52,026 nt of DNA, from NCBI GenBank assembly GCA_032718475.1, contig JAUCBJ010006765.1, positions 1 to 52,026 on the forward strand, written 5' to 3'. This stretch comes from Nemertoderma westbladi. Lineage: Eukaryota; Animalia; Xenacoelomorpha. The notes beneath the pieces are model-generated. The model saw nothing but the letters and a program-made list of their open reading frames with translations, had not been told where the DNA came from and did no database searches. Shown here in pieces: positions 1 through 14,310 of the stretch. A program made the translations under genes and the position numbers. Each line of letters starts with the position of its first letter. The first letter of the stretch is position 1.

Positions 1-853
1 GTAGGGGGTGAGACAGGCAGCCGGTCAGGAGTTAACTGACGCCTGTGAGGCCGATTGTGTCCGGTAATTCCACTGGCCTCTAGTGGCCGGACCTCCGCAT
101 TGCTAATGTAATCCATAGTGGGGGTTGGGGGGTGCTTTTTTGCCGAGTCAGCTCTCGGGGCAAATACCACACCCTGGTTTGCCATTCCACAGGGTGGGTG
201 TCGCAATGGAGTCAGATATGAGGCCTGAATGGATAATTTCAACCTGAAGTTTTGTACTTTAAAAGTTTTAATCATTTATGTAAAAATTCCACGGGGATAT
301 TTCACATTTTAAATGTAAATTTAGTTCCAGTTTGAAGAATAAATTATCTTTTGATAATATATATCTGCAGATATATTCCATTTATTAATTCCATTTCACA
401 ATATTATTATTTATCGAATCATTTCAGGTACAGGTTTTAACGCACATAAAGTAATATTTTAAGTCTGCTTCAAATTAAAAGATGTTTTATTTGAAGCACT
501 CAGCTGGTGATAAAATAAAATTGAATATATTTCGAGTGGGTGTGTTTCGATCGGGTAATCGAGTGGGTGTATTACCGGTAGTTGAGCAAGTTAGTGTATA
601 ATCGCTAAATGCTTTTGTGTAAAGCAACTAATAAGATTTGACGCGCGATTGAAGATTTGTACGGACATACAATTTTGAAAGTTTTTGTGTATTTTTGTAT
701 TTATTGTGCTCACAGAAAGTGTCCGTGTCTGGCATTATCATTTCCGCGTAAGTCCTCCAAGTCTGAACAATAGTAATACCATTGCCACTAGCAGCGCGTC
801 ATTAGATTTCCCTGTAATTCTTAGTTTCAGCTCATCCGAATCGCCTCTTTGTT

Positions 854-3006
854 TCAGTTAATCATCACCTGTCTACGTCTAGGTGGAGCTTTTAGAGTCA
901 GTGAAGGCGGTGCCTCCAATGATATTACTTTCGGTTCCTCCACCGGTCTGTACGGTGTCTTAGGAACAGCGCAAACATCCACCTTTTCAATGACTCCGTA
1001 GAGACGCGAGACGGCGGGGATTATGCTGTACAAACCGTCGCCTAGATCGTTGCCATTTAATCTGAAAAAATAAACAAAATATTATCATCAGTTTCGTACG
1101 AAAACTACAGGACGTCCGTCTGTAAAACAGAGTTGGTCCGAGAAAAGCAAAGCAAAGTCCATCTGTTTTACTAATTATTATTATTATTATTAAATTGGAT
1201 TGCAGAAATTATGTTAATAAATGTTTTTATAAATGTAAAGGCCGGTTTGCACGTGGCAACTTTTTCAGCAACCTGGTGAGCAAGTTGCTCCGTGTAAAAT
1301 TTGTTGTAAAAAAGTTGCCATGTTTAAACCGCGAATAAGTTATGTTGCTCATAATTAAGATGCTAGTTGTACAATACTTTGCCACGTGTAAACCGAGTTA
1401 ATGTAAAGTAATACAAAGAGTATTATACACCCCAAAAATAGAAACAAGCAAAATAAAATTATGATGGAGTAACTTTAATTCTAATTAAAAATCAGTGCTT
1501 GCAATGTACATTTCTTTAAATCATTTCAAAAATAAATCAACATCATATTGTATGAATATTCCAGGATATAGAAATATTACGTAATAAATATGAAGGTCTT
1601 TTCCATATTAATAATTATATTGAAAATATAATTATTTATAATAAGAAATAATCAGTAACCTCATCCAGTAATCTGAGAAATGGTCTGATCAGATACCATA
1701 GTACGGAATTGGGTGAAATTTTTTAATAGTTAATAGTATGCTGTCATGTTAATTGTAATAAAATATGACAATATATAAAATATATATTTTCTTACAATAA
1801 TATTTTGAGTGAACTAGAATTCGATTCGATTAGTTGAACTACATGTTTAGCTCCATTATTAGTTATGTTATTATCCTTCAGGTTGATTTCGTTGAGACTG
1901 CATCCACCAGCCAATAACGCCGTAGTTAATTCACCCAAAATAGAATCGGTTATTTCCGCTTCTGCGGCAATAAATTGCTCCAAAGAATTGTTGGTTGCCA
2001 GCAAATTCAACGCAAATTTAAACTGCAGATGGAAATAAATTTATAAATATTATTTACCCAAATTGTTCGTGGATCGTGGAGTCACTGTCATTATAACAAT
2101 AGGTAGGAAATGTTCTAAATGTCTTTCCATTATCACCATACGGTTTTGATTGGTTTGGGTGACAAATATTTGAGTGAAATTTATCGCGAGTGGGAATATC
2201 GATCATTGAAAAACAAAGTTTATTTTCTTGACGTTTTTATCACTCATTTCACCATGCCCCGGAATATAGTGTCATAATTCAATGACACGACCCCCCCCCC
2301 CCCCCCAAAAAAAAAATTTTATTCTACAAATCTTAAGGAGATTGCATGAAATTTGAAACAGAGATAGTTTAACTTCCCTACCACTTAATGGGTTAGCCAG
2401 AATTTTATTTGTTATTTAAATCTATAGCTACAAGCTTTTAAAAAGTGTCTCCGGCCGGCGATAGTGCACCAAGTCGCGGCGCAGTTATTCTTCAAGTTCA
2501 AACTTATCGTGATGGTACTAGCGGAAAGCTGGCCATGCAAGGATTCAAAATATATAAAAATATTTGAATTTGGTTGGGGAATAGCTATAGGCATTCTAAA
2601 GTTACATGTATTTGCTTCCGCTGCAGGCCATTTATTATATTTCATAAATGCACAACATTAGGGAACATTTTGTTTATCTCATAAGTGTAGCTGGGCATCT
2701 ATTCAATGCCTACTTGATATCACTAGTATGTGGATATTTATTTTAGAACATGGAATATTTTATTAAATAGAATACATTAATTTAACTGTATATCAAATCT
2801 TAAATCGCGACGGTGTGAGTTGGCAATTAAATTGATTAATAATAATAGGATTTGCTTGCATTACTACAAATAATGCCGTTAAGACATGTTAAACGTTTGG
2901 AATAAAAATTACAACTCACATATTGGGAATGAACGTCGTCTTTTGTCAATGTTACACTTTTTTGATGTTTTATCAATCGAGTCAGTCTTTCTTCCTCTTT
3001 GCTTCT
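854..3006 (-). CDS. LRR (ribonuclease-inhibitor-like) coding exons 3006-2920, 2022-1796, 1061-854; probably the 3' end of the ERICH3-like gene
   Basis: Spliced product KSVTLTKDDVHSQY|FKFALNLLATNNS-LEQFIAAEAEITDSILGELTTALLAGGCS-LNEINLKDNNITNNGAKHVVQLIESNSSS-LKILL|LNGNDLGDG shows about 28-aa LxxLxLxxN periodicity across canonical splice sites. Confidence 0.75.
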
Positions 3007-6000
3007 CTATGGAATTATAACGATAAATAAATATTAAATATCTGAGAAAAAATATGAAAGACGCCACTAGGGTTCGAACATGTACAGACCGCTTGGGCCT
3101 AGGGCCTCATCAGCATCTCGCATCTATGTCTCTTCATCCGGCGATATTGACTCATGGTCGGCTTATTCAGTTTAACTATATTATTGGACAGGCGGTAAAC
3201 TTAAATATATACTGTGGGATACTTACTGTATTGTCTGTTTTTTCTTGGGTTGCTATTTTATCTTTCTTCCTTGGTTCTGTCGCATTTGATTCCATATCTT
3301 TTCTTTCAGATGTCTTTGTGTTTTTTGATTGCGATTCTGTCGGCTTTATTTGTTTCTGCTTTGCTTCTGTTATGTTCGGTTCCATTGATTTAGAATCTGT
3401 CTGCTTTGGCTCTGCTTTCTTTGAGCCTTTCTGTTCTGACTCCGCGTTCTTTGAATTAGTCTGCTTTGACTTTGTTCTCTTTGAGTCTGTCTGTTCTGAC
3501 TCTGCTTTCTTTGATTCTGTTTGTTTTGATTCTTTCTGCTTCGATTCTGAAACGTTTGAGTCTCTATTTTGAGATTGTCTTTGCTGCAATTCTGAATCCG
3601 TTGGTACTTTGGACTTAGTGTCAATTCGCTTTGATTTATTTGCGTGGGATTCTAGTTGCTTGGAATCTGTCGTGCTTGACTTCATATGATTTGATTCTGT
3701 CTTCTTTACTTCCGATTCTTCTGAGATTTGTTTTGAGTCTGATTTACTTGACGCTATCTGTGTCGATTCTTTCGACTTATGGTCTACAGGTTTAGGCTCA
3801 TTAGATGTCGACTGCGTTGTCTTTGGTTCTGACTGATTGCCATGTTTCTTCACTGTATCATCGGGTACTTCTTTCTCACTATCTGCATTAGTGCGGGATT
3901 TGGATTTCTCCGCTGCTTGGGATTTACTCTGATTATTTACTGCCACAACTGTAGGCTTACCATTGTCTACCTCAGTATCTCTACTAAGAGACTCTCTTCT
4001 GTTATCAGATTTAGTTTCAGCCTTCACTTCGTGCTTTTTTGCAGAACCTTCTGGATCTTTTTTCTCCTTAACATTTGAATTTCCCGCCTTCGGTTTATAA
4101 TCATTCGATTTCTTTCCTTCACCCTTTTTATTAGCTGCCTTAGATTTATTTTCCTTAGCTTTTACTCCCGTGTTCCTTTTATCAACAACTGCCGTGGTAC
4201 CACCCTCATTTTTCTTCTCCTCTTTCGTTTTTTTAGGACAGTTTTCGGTTACCGACACCATTTGGAATCTGCATAAAAGTAAATGTAGAATTGTTGTTGA
4301 ACTAAACGAAAGAAACTTACGCAATTAAGATATTTCATTCTTAATTGTTACTTTTTCGCTCGAATATACACCAAAACCCGGAGAAAACACATACTGTATG
4401 ATAGCATTGATTATACTTTATTTTCAATATTTTATCTTCAAATTATAAACTTCGCTGGCGCTCGGTAAATAAAATAACTCGAGAATAGTGGAAAAAATGT
4501 TACACTCTTATCCCAAGTAACAAGTAATTATTATTAATCAGCTGCTTCATTGTTTCTACCTACCTGGCGGTTCTTCCTCCAATCTTAGTGCCCGGTGGGT
4601 GAGAGGATTCTGTACCGATGCTGACTCGAGTTTCCATGATCCCATCAACGTAACACGATAAACTGAAGGGGAAATGATCCTTTCGGTAAGACGGGAACGA
4701 CAATTCGTCTGGAAAATATAAAATAAATAAATATCCAGCGTGTAATCGTGCGATGCGTAGGGTTGGGTTGGGTAGGGTAGGCCTACATAAACTAGGTTCC
4801 TCGGTGCACACCAACACTGACCTCCTGGGGTACAGGTTCCCACGGTACACACCAACACTGACCTCCTGGGTACAGATTCCCCCGGTTCACACCAACACTG
4901 ACCTCCTGGGTACAGGTTCCCTATATACACACCAACACTGACCTCCAGGGTACAGATTCCCTATATACACACAAACACTGACCTCCTGGGTACAGATTCC
5001 CCCGGTTCACACCAACACTGACCTCCTGGGTACAGATTCCCCCGGTTCACACCAACACTGACCTCCTGGGTACAGGTTTCCTATATACACACCAACACTG
5101 ACCTCCTGGGCACAGATTCCCCCGGTTCACACCAACACTGACCTCCTGGGTACAGGTTCCCCCGGTACACACCACCACTGACCTCCAGGGTACAGATTCC
5201 CACGGTACACACCAACACTGCCCTCCTGGGTACAGAATCCCCCGGTACACACCAACACTGACCTCCTGGGTACAGGTTTCCTATATACACACCAACACTG
5301 ACCTCCTGGGCACAGATTCCCCCGGTTCACACCAACACTGACCTCCTGGGTACAGGTTCCCCCGGTACACACCACCACTGACCTCCAGGGTACAGATTCC
5401 CACGGTACACACCAACACTGCCCTCCTGGGTACAGATTCCCCCGGTTCACACCAACACTGACCTCCTGGGTACAGGTTTCCTATATACACACCAACACTG
5501 ACCTCCTGGGTACAGATTCCCCCGGTTCACACCAACACTGACCTCCTGGGTACAGGTTCCCCCGGTACACACCAACACTGACCTCCAGGGTACAGATTCC
5601 CACGGTACACACCAACACTGCCCTCCTGGGTACAGATTCCCCCGGTACACACCAACACTGACCTCCAGGCTACAGATTCCCCCGGTACACACAAACACTG
5701 ACCTCCAGGGTACAGATTCCCTCGGTACACACCAACACTGACCTCCTGGGTACAGATTCCCCCGGTTCACACCAACACTGACCTCCTGGGTACAGGTTTC
5801 CTATATACACACCAACACTGACCTCCTGGGCACAGATTCCCCCGGTTCACACCAACACTGACCTCCTGGGTACAGGTTCCCCCGGTACACACCACCACTG
5901 ACCTCCAGGGTACAGATTCCCACGGTACACACCAACACTGCCCTCCTGGGTACAGAATCCCCCGGTACACACCAACACTGACCTCCTGGGTACAGGTTTC

Positions 6001-9000
6001 CTATATACACACCAACACTGACCTCCTGGGCACAGATTCCCCCGGTTCACACCAACACTGACCTCCTGGGTACAGGTTCCCCCGGTACACACCACCACTG
6101 ACCTCCAGGGTACAGATTCCCACGGTACACACCAACACTGCCCTCCTGGGTACAGATTCCCCCGGTTCACACCAACACTGACCTCCTGGGTACAGGTTTC
6201 CTATATACACACCAACACTGACCTCCTGGGTACAGATTCCCCCGGTTCACACCAACACTGACCTCCTGGGTACAGGTTCCCCCGGTACACACCAACACTG
6301 ACCTCCAGGGTACAGATTCCCACGGTACACACCAACACTGCCCTCCTGGGTACAGATTCCCCCGGTACACACCAACACTGACCTCCAGGCTACAGATTCC
6401 CCCGGTACACACAAACACTGACCTCCAGGGTACAGATTCCCTCGGTACACACCAACACTGCCCTCCTGGGTACAGATTCCCTCGGTACACACAAACACTG
6501 ACCTCCAGGGTACAGATTCCCCCGGTACACACCAGCACTGACCTCCAGGGTACAGGTTACCTCGGTACACACCAACACTGACCTCCAGGGTAGAGGTTCC
6601 CACGGTACACACCAACACTGACCTCCAGGGTACAGGTTACCTCGGTACACAACAACACTGACCTCCAGGGTAGAGGTTCCCACGGTACACACCAACACTG
6701 ACCTCCAGGGTACAGATTCCCTCGGTACACACCAACACTGACCTCCAGGGTACAGGTTCCCTATATACACACAAACACTGACCTCCTGGGTACAGATTCC
6801 CTCGGTACACACCAACACTGACATCCAGGGTACAGGTTACCTCGGTACACACCAACACTGACCTCCAGGGTAGAGGTTCCCGCGGTACACACCAACACTG
6901 ACCTCCAGGGTAGAGGTTCCCACGGTACACACCAACACTGACCTCCAGGGTACAGATTCCCCCGGTACATACCAACACTGACCTCCAGGGTACAGGTTCC
7001 CTATATACACACCAACACTGACCTCCAGGGTACAGATTCCCTCGGTACACACCAACACTGACCTCCAGGGTACAGGTTCCCACGGTACACACCAACACTG
7101 ACCTCCTGGGTACAGGTTCCCTATATACACACCAACACTGACCTCCAGGGTACAGGTTACCTCGGTACACACCAACACTGACCTCCAGGGTAGAGGTTCC
7201 CACGGTACACACCAACACTGACCTCCTGGGTACAGGTTACCTCGGTACACACCAACACTGACCTCCAGGGTAGAGGTTCCCACGGTACACACCAACACTG
7301 ACCTCCTGGGTACAGGTTCCCTATATACACACCAACACTGACCTCCAGGGTACAGGTTCCCTCGGTACACACCAACACTGACCTCCAGGGTACACTATTC
7401 CCTATATACACACCAACACTGACCTCCAGGGTACAGATTCCTTCGGTACACACCAACACTGACCTCCTGGGTACAGGTTCCCTACATACACACCAACACT
7501 GACCTCCAGGGTACAGGTTCCCACGGTACACACCAACACTGACCTCCAGGGTACACTATTCCCTATATACACACCAACACTGACCTCCAGGGTACAGATT
7601 CCCTCGGTACACACCAACACTGACCTCCAGGGTACAGATTCCCTCGGTACACACCAACACTGACCTCCTGGGTACAGGTTCCCTATATACACACCAACAC
7701 TGACCTCCAGGGTACAGATTCCCTCGGTACACACCAACACTGACCTCCTGGGTACAGGTTCCCTATATACACACCAACACTGACCTCCAGGGTACAGGTT
7801 ACCTCGGTACACACCAACACTGACCTCCAGGGTAGAGGTTCCCACGGTACACACCAACACTGACCTCCTGGGTACAGGTTACCTCGGTACACACCAACAC
7901 TGACCTCCAGGGTAGAGGTTCCCACGGTACACACCAACACTGACCTCCTGGGTACAGGTTCCCTATATACACACCAACACTGACCTCCAGGGTACAGGTT
8001 CCCTCGGTACACACCAACACTGACCTCCAGGGTACACTATTCCCTATATACACACCAACACTGACCTCCAGGGTACAGATTCCTTCGGTACACACCAACA
8101 CTGACCTCCTGGGTACAGGTTCCCTACATACACACCAACACTGACCTCCAGGGTACAGGTTCCCACGGTACACACCAACACTGACCTCCAGGGTACACTA
8201 TTCCCTATATACACACCAACACTGACCTCCAGGGTACAGATTCCCTCGGTACACACCAACACTGACCTCCAGGGTACAGATTCCCACGGTACACACCAAC
8301 ACTGACCTCCAGGGTACACTATTCCCTATATACACACCAACACTGACCTCCAGGGTACAGGTTCCCACGGTACACACCAACACTGACCTCCAGAGTACAC
8401 TATTCCCTACATACACACCAACACTGACCTCCAGGGTACAGATTCCCTCGGTACACACCAACACTGACCTCCAGGGTACAGATTCCCACGGTACACACCA
8501 ACACTGACCTCCAGGGTACACTATTCCCTATATACACACCAACACTGACCTCCAGGGTACAGATTCCCTTGGTACACACCAACACTGACCTCCAGGGTAC
8601 AGATTCCCTCGGTACACACCAACACTCACCTCCAGGGTTCAGATTCCCTCGGCACACAAACACTGACCTCCAGGGTACAGATTCCCTATATACACACCAA
8701 CACTAACCTCCAGGGTACAGATTCCCTCGGTACACACCAACACTGACCTCCAGGGTACAGATTCCCTCGGTACACACCAACACTGACCTCCAGGGTACAG
8801 GTTCCCTATATACACACCAACACTAACCTCCAGGGTACAGATTCTCTCGGTACACACCAACACTGACCTCCAGGGTACAGATTCCCTCGGTACACACCAA
8901 CACTGACCTCCAGGGTACAGATTCCCTCGGTACACACCAACACTGACCTCCAGGGTACAGATTCCCTATATACACACCAACACTGACCTCCAGGGTACAG

Positions 9001-12000
9001 CTTCCCACGGTACACACCAACACTGACCTCCAGGGTACACTATTCCCTATATACACACCAACACTGACCTCCAGGGTACAGATTCCCTCGGTACACACCA
9101 ACACTAACCTCCTGGGTACAGATTCCCTCGGTACACACCAACACTGACCTCCAGGGTACAGATTCCCTCGGTACACACCAACACTAACCTCCTGGTTACA
9201 GATTCCCTCGGTACACACCAACACTGACCTCCTGGGTACAGGTTCCCTATATACACACCAACACTGACCTCCAGGGTACAGGTTCCCACGGTACACACCA
9301 ACACTGACCTCCAGGGTACACTATTCCCTATATACACACCAACACTGACCTCCAGGGTACAGATTCCCTCGGTACACACCAACACTAACCTCCTGGGTAC
9401 AGATTCCCTCGGTACACACCAACACTGACCTCCTGGGTACAGGTTCCCTATATACACACCAACACTGACCACCAGGGTACAGGTTCCCACGGTACACACC
9501 AACACTGACCTCCTGGGTACAGGTTCCCTATATACACACCAACACTGACCTCCAGGGTACAGGTTCCCACGGTACACACCAACACTGACCTCCAGGGTAC
9601 ACTATTCCCTATATACACACCAACACTGACCTCCAGGGTACAGATTCCCTCGGTACACACCAACACTAACCTCCTGGGTACAGATTCCCACGGTACACAC
9701 CAACACTGACCTCCAGGGTACAGATTCCCTCGGTACACACCAACACTGACCTCCAGGGTACAGATTCCCTATATACACACCAACACTGACCTCCAGGGTA
9801 CAGATTCCCTATATACACACCAACACTGACCTCCAGGGTACACTATTCCCTATATACACACCAACACTGACCTCCAGGGTACAGATTCCCTCGGTACACA
9901 CCAACACTAACCTCCTGGGTACAGATTCCCTCGGTACACACCAACACTGACCTCCTGGGTACAGGTTCCCTATATACACACCAACACTGACCACCAGGGT
10001 ACAGGTTCCCACGGTACACACCAACACTGACCTCCTGGGTACAGGTTCCCTATATACACACCAACACTGACCTCCAGGGTACAGGTTCCCACGGTACACA
10101 CCAACACTGACCTCCAGGGTACACTATTCCCTATATACACACCAACACTGACCTCCAGGGTACAGATTCCCTCGGTACACACCAACACTAACCTCCTGGG
10201 TACAGATTCCCACGGTACACACCAACACTGACCTCCAGGGTACAGATTCCCTCGGTACACACCAACACTAACCTCCAGGGTACAGATTCCCTCGGTACAC
10301 ACAAACACTGACCTCCAGGGTACAGATTCCCTCGGTACACACAAACACTGACCTCCAGGTTACAGATTCCCCCGGTACATACAAACACTGACCTCCAGGG
10401 TACAGATTCCCTCGGTACACACCAACACTGACCTCCAGGGTACAGATTCCCTATATACACACCAACACTGACCTCCAGGGTACAGATTCCCTATATACAC
10501 ACCAACACTGACCTCCAGGGTACAGATTCCCTCGGTACACACAAACACTGACCTCCAGGTTACAGATTCCCCCGGTACATAAAAACACTGACCTCCAGGG
10601 TACAGATTCCCTCGGTACACACCAACACTGACCTCCAGGGTACAGATTCCCTATATACACACCAACACTAACCTCCTGGGTACAGATTCCCTCGGTACAC
10701 ACCAACACTGACCTCCAGGGTACAGATTCCATCGGTACACACCAACACTAACCTCCTGGGTACAGATTCCCTCGGTACACACCAACACTGACCTCCAGGG
10801 TACAGATTCCCCCGGTACACACAAACACTGACCTCCAGGGTACAGATTCTCCCGGTACACACAAACACTGACCTCCAGGGTACAGATTCCCTCGGTACAC
10901 ACCAACACTGACCTCCAGGGTACAGATTCCCTCGGTACACACCAACACTCACCTCCAGGGTACAGATTCCCTCGGTACACACCAACACTGACCTCCAGGG
11001 TACAGATTCTCCCGGTACACACAAACACTGACCTCCAGGGTACAGATTCCCTCGGTACACACCAACACTGACCTCCAGGGTACAGATTCCCTCGGTACAC
11101 ACCAACACTCACCTCCAGGGTACAGATTCCCTCGGTACACACCAACACTAACCTCCTGGGTACAGATTCCCTCGGTACACACCAACACTGACCTCCAGGG
11201 TACAGATTCCCTATATACACACCAACACTAACCTCCTGGGTACAGATTCCCTCGGTACACACCAACACTGACCTCCAGGGTACAGATTCCATCGGTACAC
11301 ACCAACACTAACCTCCTGGGTACAGATTCCCTCGGTACACACCAACACTGACCTCCAGGGTACAGATTCCCCCGGTACACACAAACACTGACCTCCAGGG
11401 TACAGATTCTCCCGGTACACACAAACACTGACCTCCAGGGTACAGATTCCCTCGGTACACACCAACACTGACCTCCAGGGTACAGATTCCCTCGGTACAC
11501 ACCAACACTCACCTCCAGGGTACAGATTCCCTCGGTACACACCAACACTAACCTCCTGGGTACAGATTCCCCCGGTACACACCAAAACTTACCTCCAGGG
11601 TACAGATTCCCTCGGTACACACCAACACTAATCTCCTGGGTACAGATTCCCCCGGTACACACCAACACTCACCTCCAGGGTACAGATTCCCTCGGTACAC
11701 ACCAACACTAACCTCCTGGGTACAGATTCCCCCGGTACACATCAACACTCACCTCCAGGGTACAGATTCCCTCGGTACACACCAACACTCACCTCCAGGG
11801 TACAGATTCCCTCGGTACACACCAACACTGACCTCCAGGGTACAGGTTCCCTCGGTACACACCAACATTGACCTCCAGGGTACAGATTCCCTCGGTACAC
11901 ACCAACACTGACCTCCATGGTACAGATTCCCCCGGTACACACAAAACTGACCTCCAGGGTACAGATTCCCTATATACACACCAACACTGACCTCCAGGGT

Positions 12001-14276
12001 ACACTATTCCCTATATACACACCAACACTAACCTCCAGGGTACAGATTCTCTCGGTACACACCAACACTGACCTCCAGGGTACAGATTCCCTCGGTACAC
12101 ACCAACACTGACCTCCAGGGTACAGGTTCCCTCGGTACACACCAACATTGACCTCCAGGGTACAGGTTCCCTATATACACACCAACACTAACCTCCTGGG
12201 TACAGATTCCCTCGGTACACACCAACACTGACCTCCATGGTACAGATTCCCCCGGTACACACAAAACTGACCTCCAGGGTACAGATTCCCTCGGTACACA
12301 CCAACACTGACCTCCAGGGTACAGAATCCCTCGGTACACACAAACACTGACCTCCAGGGTACAGATTCCCTCGGTACACACCGACACTGACCTCCAGGGT
12401 ACAGGTTCCCTATATACACACCAACATTGGCCTCCTGGGTACAGGTTCCCTCGGTACACACCAACACTGACCTCCTGGGTACAGGTTCTCTCGGTACACA
12501 CCAACATTGACCTCCAGGGTAAAGATTCCCCCGGTACACACCAACACTGACCTCCAGGGTACAGGTTCCCTATATACACACCAACACTGACCTCCAGGGT
12601 ACAGATTCCCTCGGTATACACCAACACTGACCTCCTGGGTACAGATTCCCTATATACACACCAACACTAACCTCCAGGGTACAGGTTCCCACGGTACACA
12701 CCAACACTGACCTCCTGGGTACAGGTTCCCTCGGTACACACCAACACTGACCTCCAGGGTACAGGTTCCCACGGTACACACCAACACTGACTTCCTGGGT
12801 ACAGGTTCCCTCGGTACACACCAACACTGACCTCCAGGGTACAGGTTCCCACGGTACACACCAACACTGACCTCCAGGGTACAGATTCCCTCGGTACACA
12901 CCAACACTGACCTTCAGGGTACAGGTTCCCTCGGTACACACCAACACTGACCTCCTGGGTACAGATTCCCTCGGTACACCATCAATGTGCCGCCACCACC
13001 CGGTTGTTGTATCACTGAAACTTCGTAGCAACGATCTTCCCTTCCACCAACCCCAATAAACTTGAATGTTACGTAACACCTCGGTACTGCTGATGGTCTA
13101 CGTGTGACGTCAGAGACTGTCGACTCCTAAAACACAAATTGGAGTAGATTCAATTAAATTATATTATCGGGTCGGTTAGATTTATCATCAGTTATGATTA
13201 TTAAAGAAATATTTCGAACGAACCGGACAATTCCGCCATTATCAATATAATCCTATCAAAAGGTAGGTACAGTATGTAGAAGCATTATTACGCGTTTTGT
13301 TACATTATGTCAACTTATCAGCGTTCTAGTGATATACTCCTAACGTAGCAAAGTACCACTTTGTAGTGTTGCGTCCTATAGTAAGGATGGCTGAAAAGTA
13401 ATCGTAGCAACTTAGTAACAATAAACTTCTAGAACACGTCTTCAGTATTCTCCATTGATATTAATAGCCATTGTAGGCTAAGTCTATGATTATTTAACGT
13501 AGGCCTACAGTTGTTACAGTAACTGCAATTAATTTCAAAAATTAATATTAAGAAATCCGAAAAATGCCAGTAGTGAAGTAAATAAATAAGCATTCACGAC
13601 GCCGATAAGTTGACTTAATGTGACAAACACCATTGTGTGACAGGGCACTTATTCAACGTTTATAACCCTTGTATTCGAATATTAATGTTTACATCCATCG
13701 CTACGCTCGTTCGGTACATAAATTCATTCGGGACATAACGTTGAAAAGTTATGCTTTTCACACAATGATTTAAATAGTTATTAAGTTGAATAAGAATGAA
13801 AATATATTGACAAATAATTCAATTTATTTTAATATTAGTATTTCTCTATTAACCAGCAAGTTGAATACTATCTCTAGAGTACTTTAAGATTGATACTAAC
13901 TCTAGAGTATGTGACCCGTTGTCTGGGGTTAGATTGTCTCCATGGTTTAGGGAAAGTGTTGGATCTGAACGCCCTGGGCGAATCAACCTTCTCTATGTAG
14001 AGCCCGGTGTAGATAATATCTTCCTTATAGGTCTCATAGGGCGGATTTGGTTCGAGTGGTCGTTCGATGCGCGACTTTACGTGAGCCAATCCCTGGACCG
14101 AAAGCTGTCGGATGTAGTTAAGCGGAAACTATATTAGCTAATATCATCAGTGACCCGAAATACAGCGGATATATTATTTATCACATTTATTTGTTCTCGC
14201 CATGCCGGTAAATATTGCATTATAAAATACCTTACGATGATATATGCCGTATACAGTGGCTATTTGTGGCATATAT

Positions 14277-14310
<34 letters not shown>

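Noticed and set aside
2412-2645. ORF with LRR-like SLNLKNN text between LRR exons
   Set aside because: No splice sites give an open in-phase exon, and the flanking exons join directly with correct LRR periodicity.
3080-3120. Hammerhead-ribozyme-like string CTGATGAG-GCCCTAGGCC-CAAG-CGGTC on the minus strand
   Set aside because: The essential GAAA core reads CAAG and stem I pairing is poor; at most a dead relic.
3054-3624. Hydrophobic plus-strand ORF 3054-3572 and ORF 3370-3624
   Set aside because: Antisense and off-frame shadows of the low-complexity K/S/E-rich exon.
4794-12979. CRISPR-like appearance of the 40-bp and 33-bp arrays
   Set aside because: No unique spacers (variable positions are a few recurring point variants), no cas genes, and the context is spliceosomal introns.
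4753-13079. Dozens of Cys/Val/Gly-rich ORFs (YRGNLYPGGQCWC...) in the ORF track
   Set aside because: All are translations of the 40-bp array in rotating frames; only the first unit is coding, as part of exon 13126-12952.
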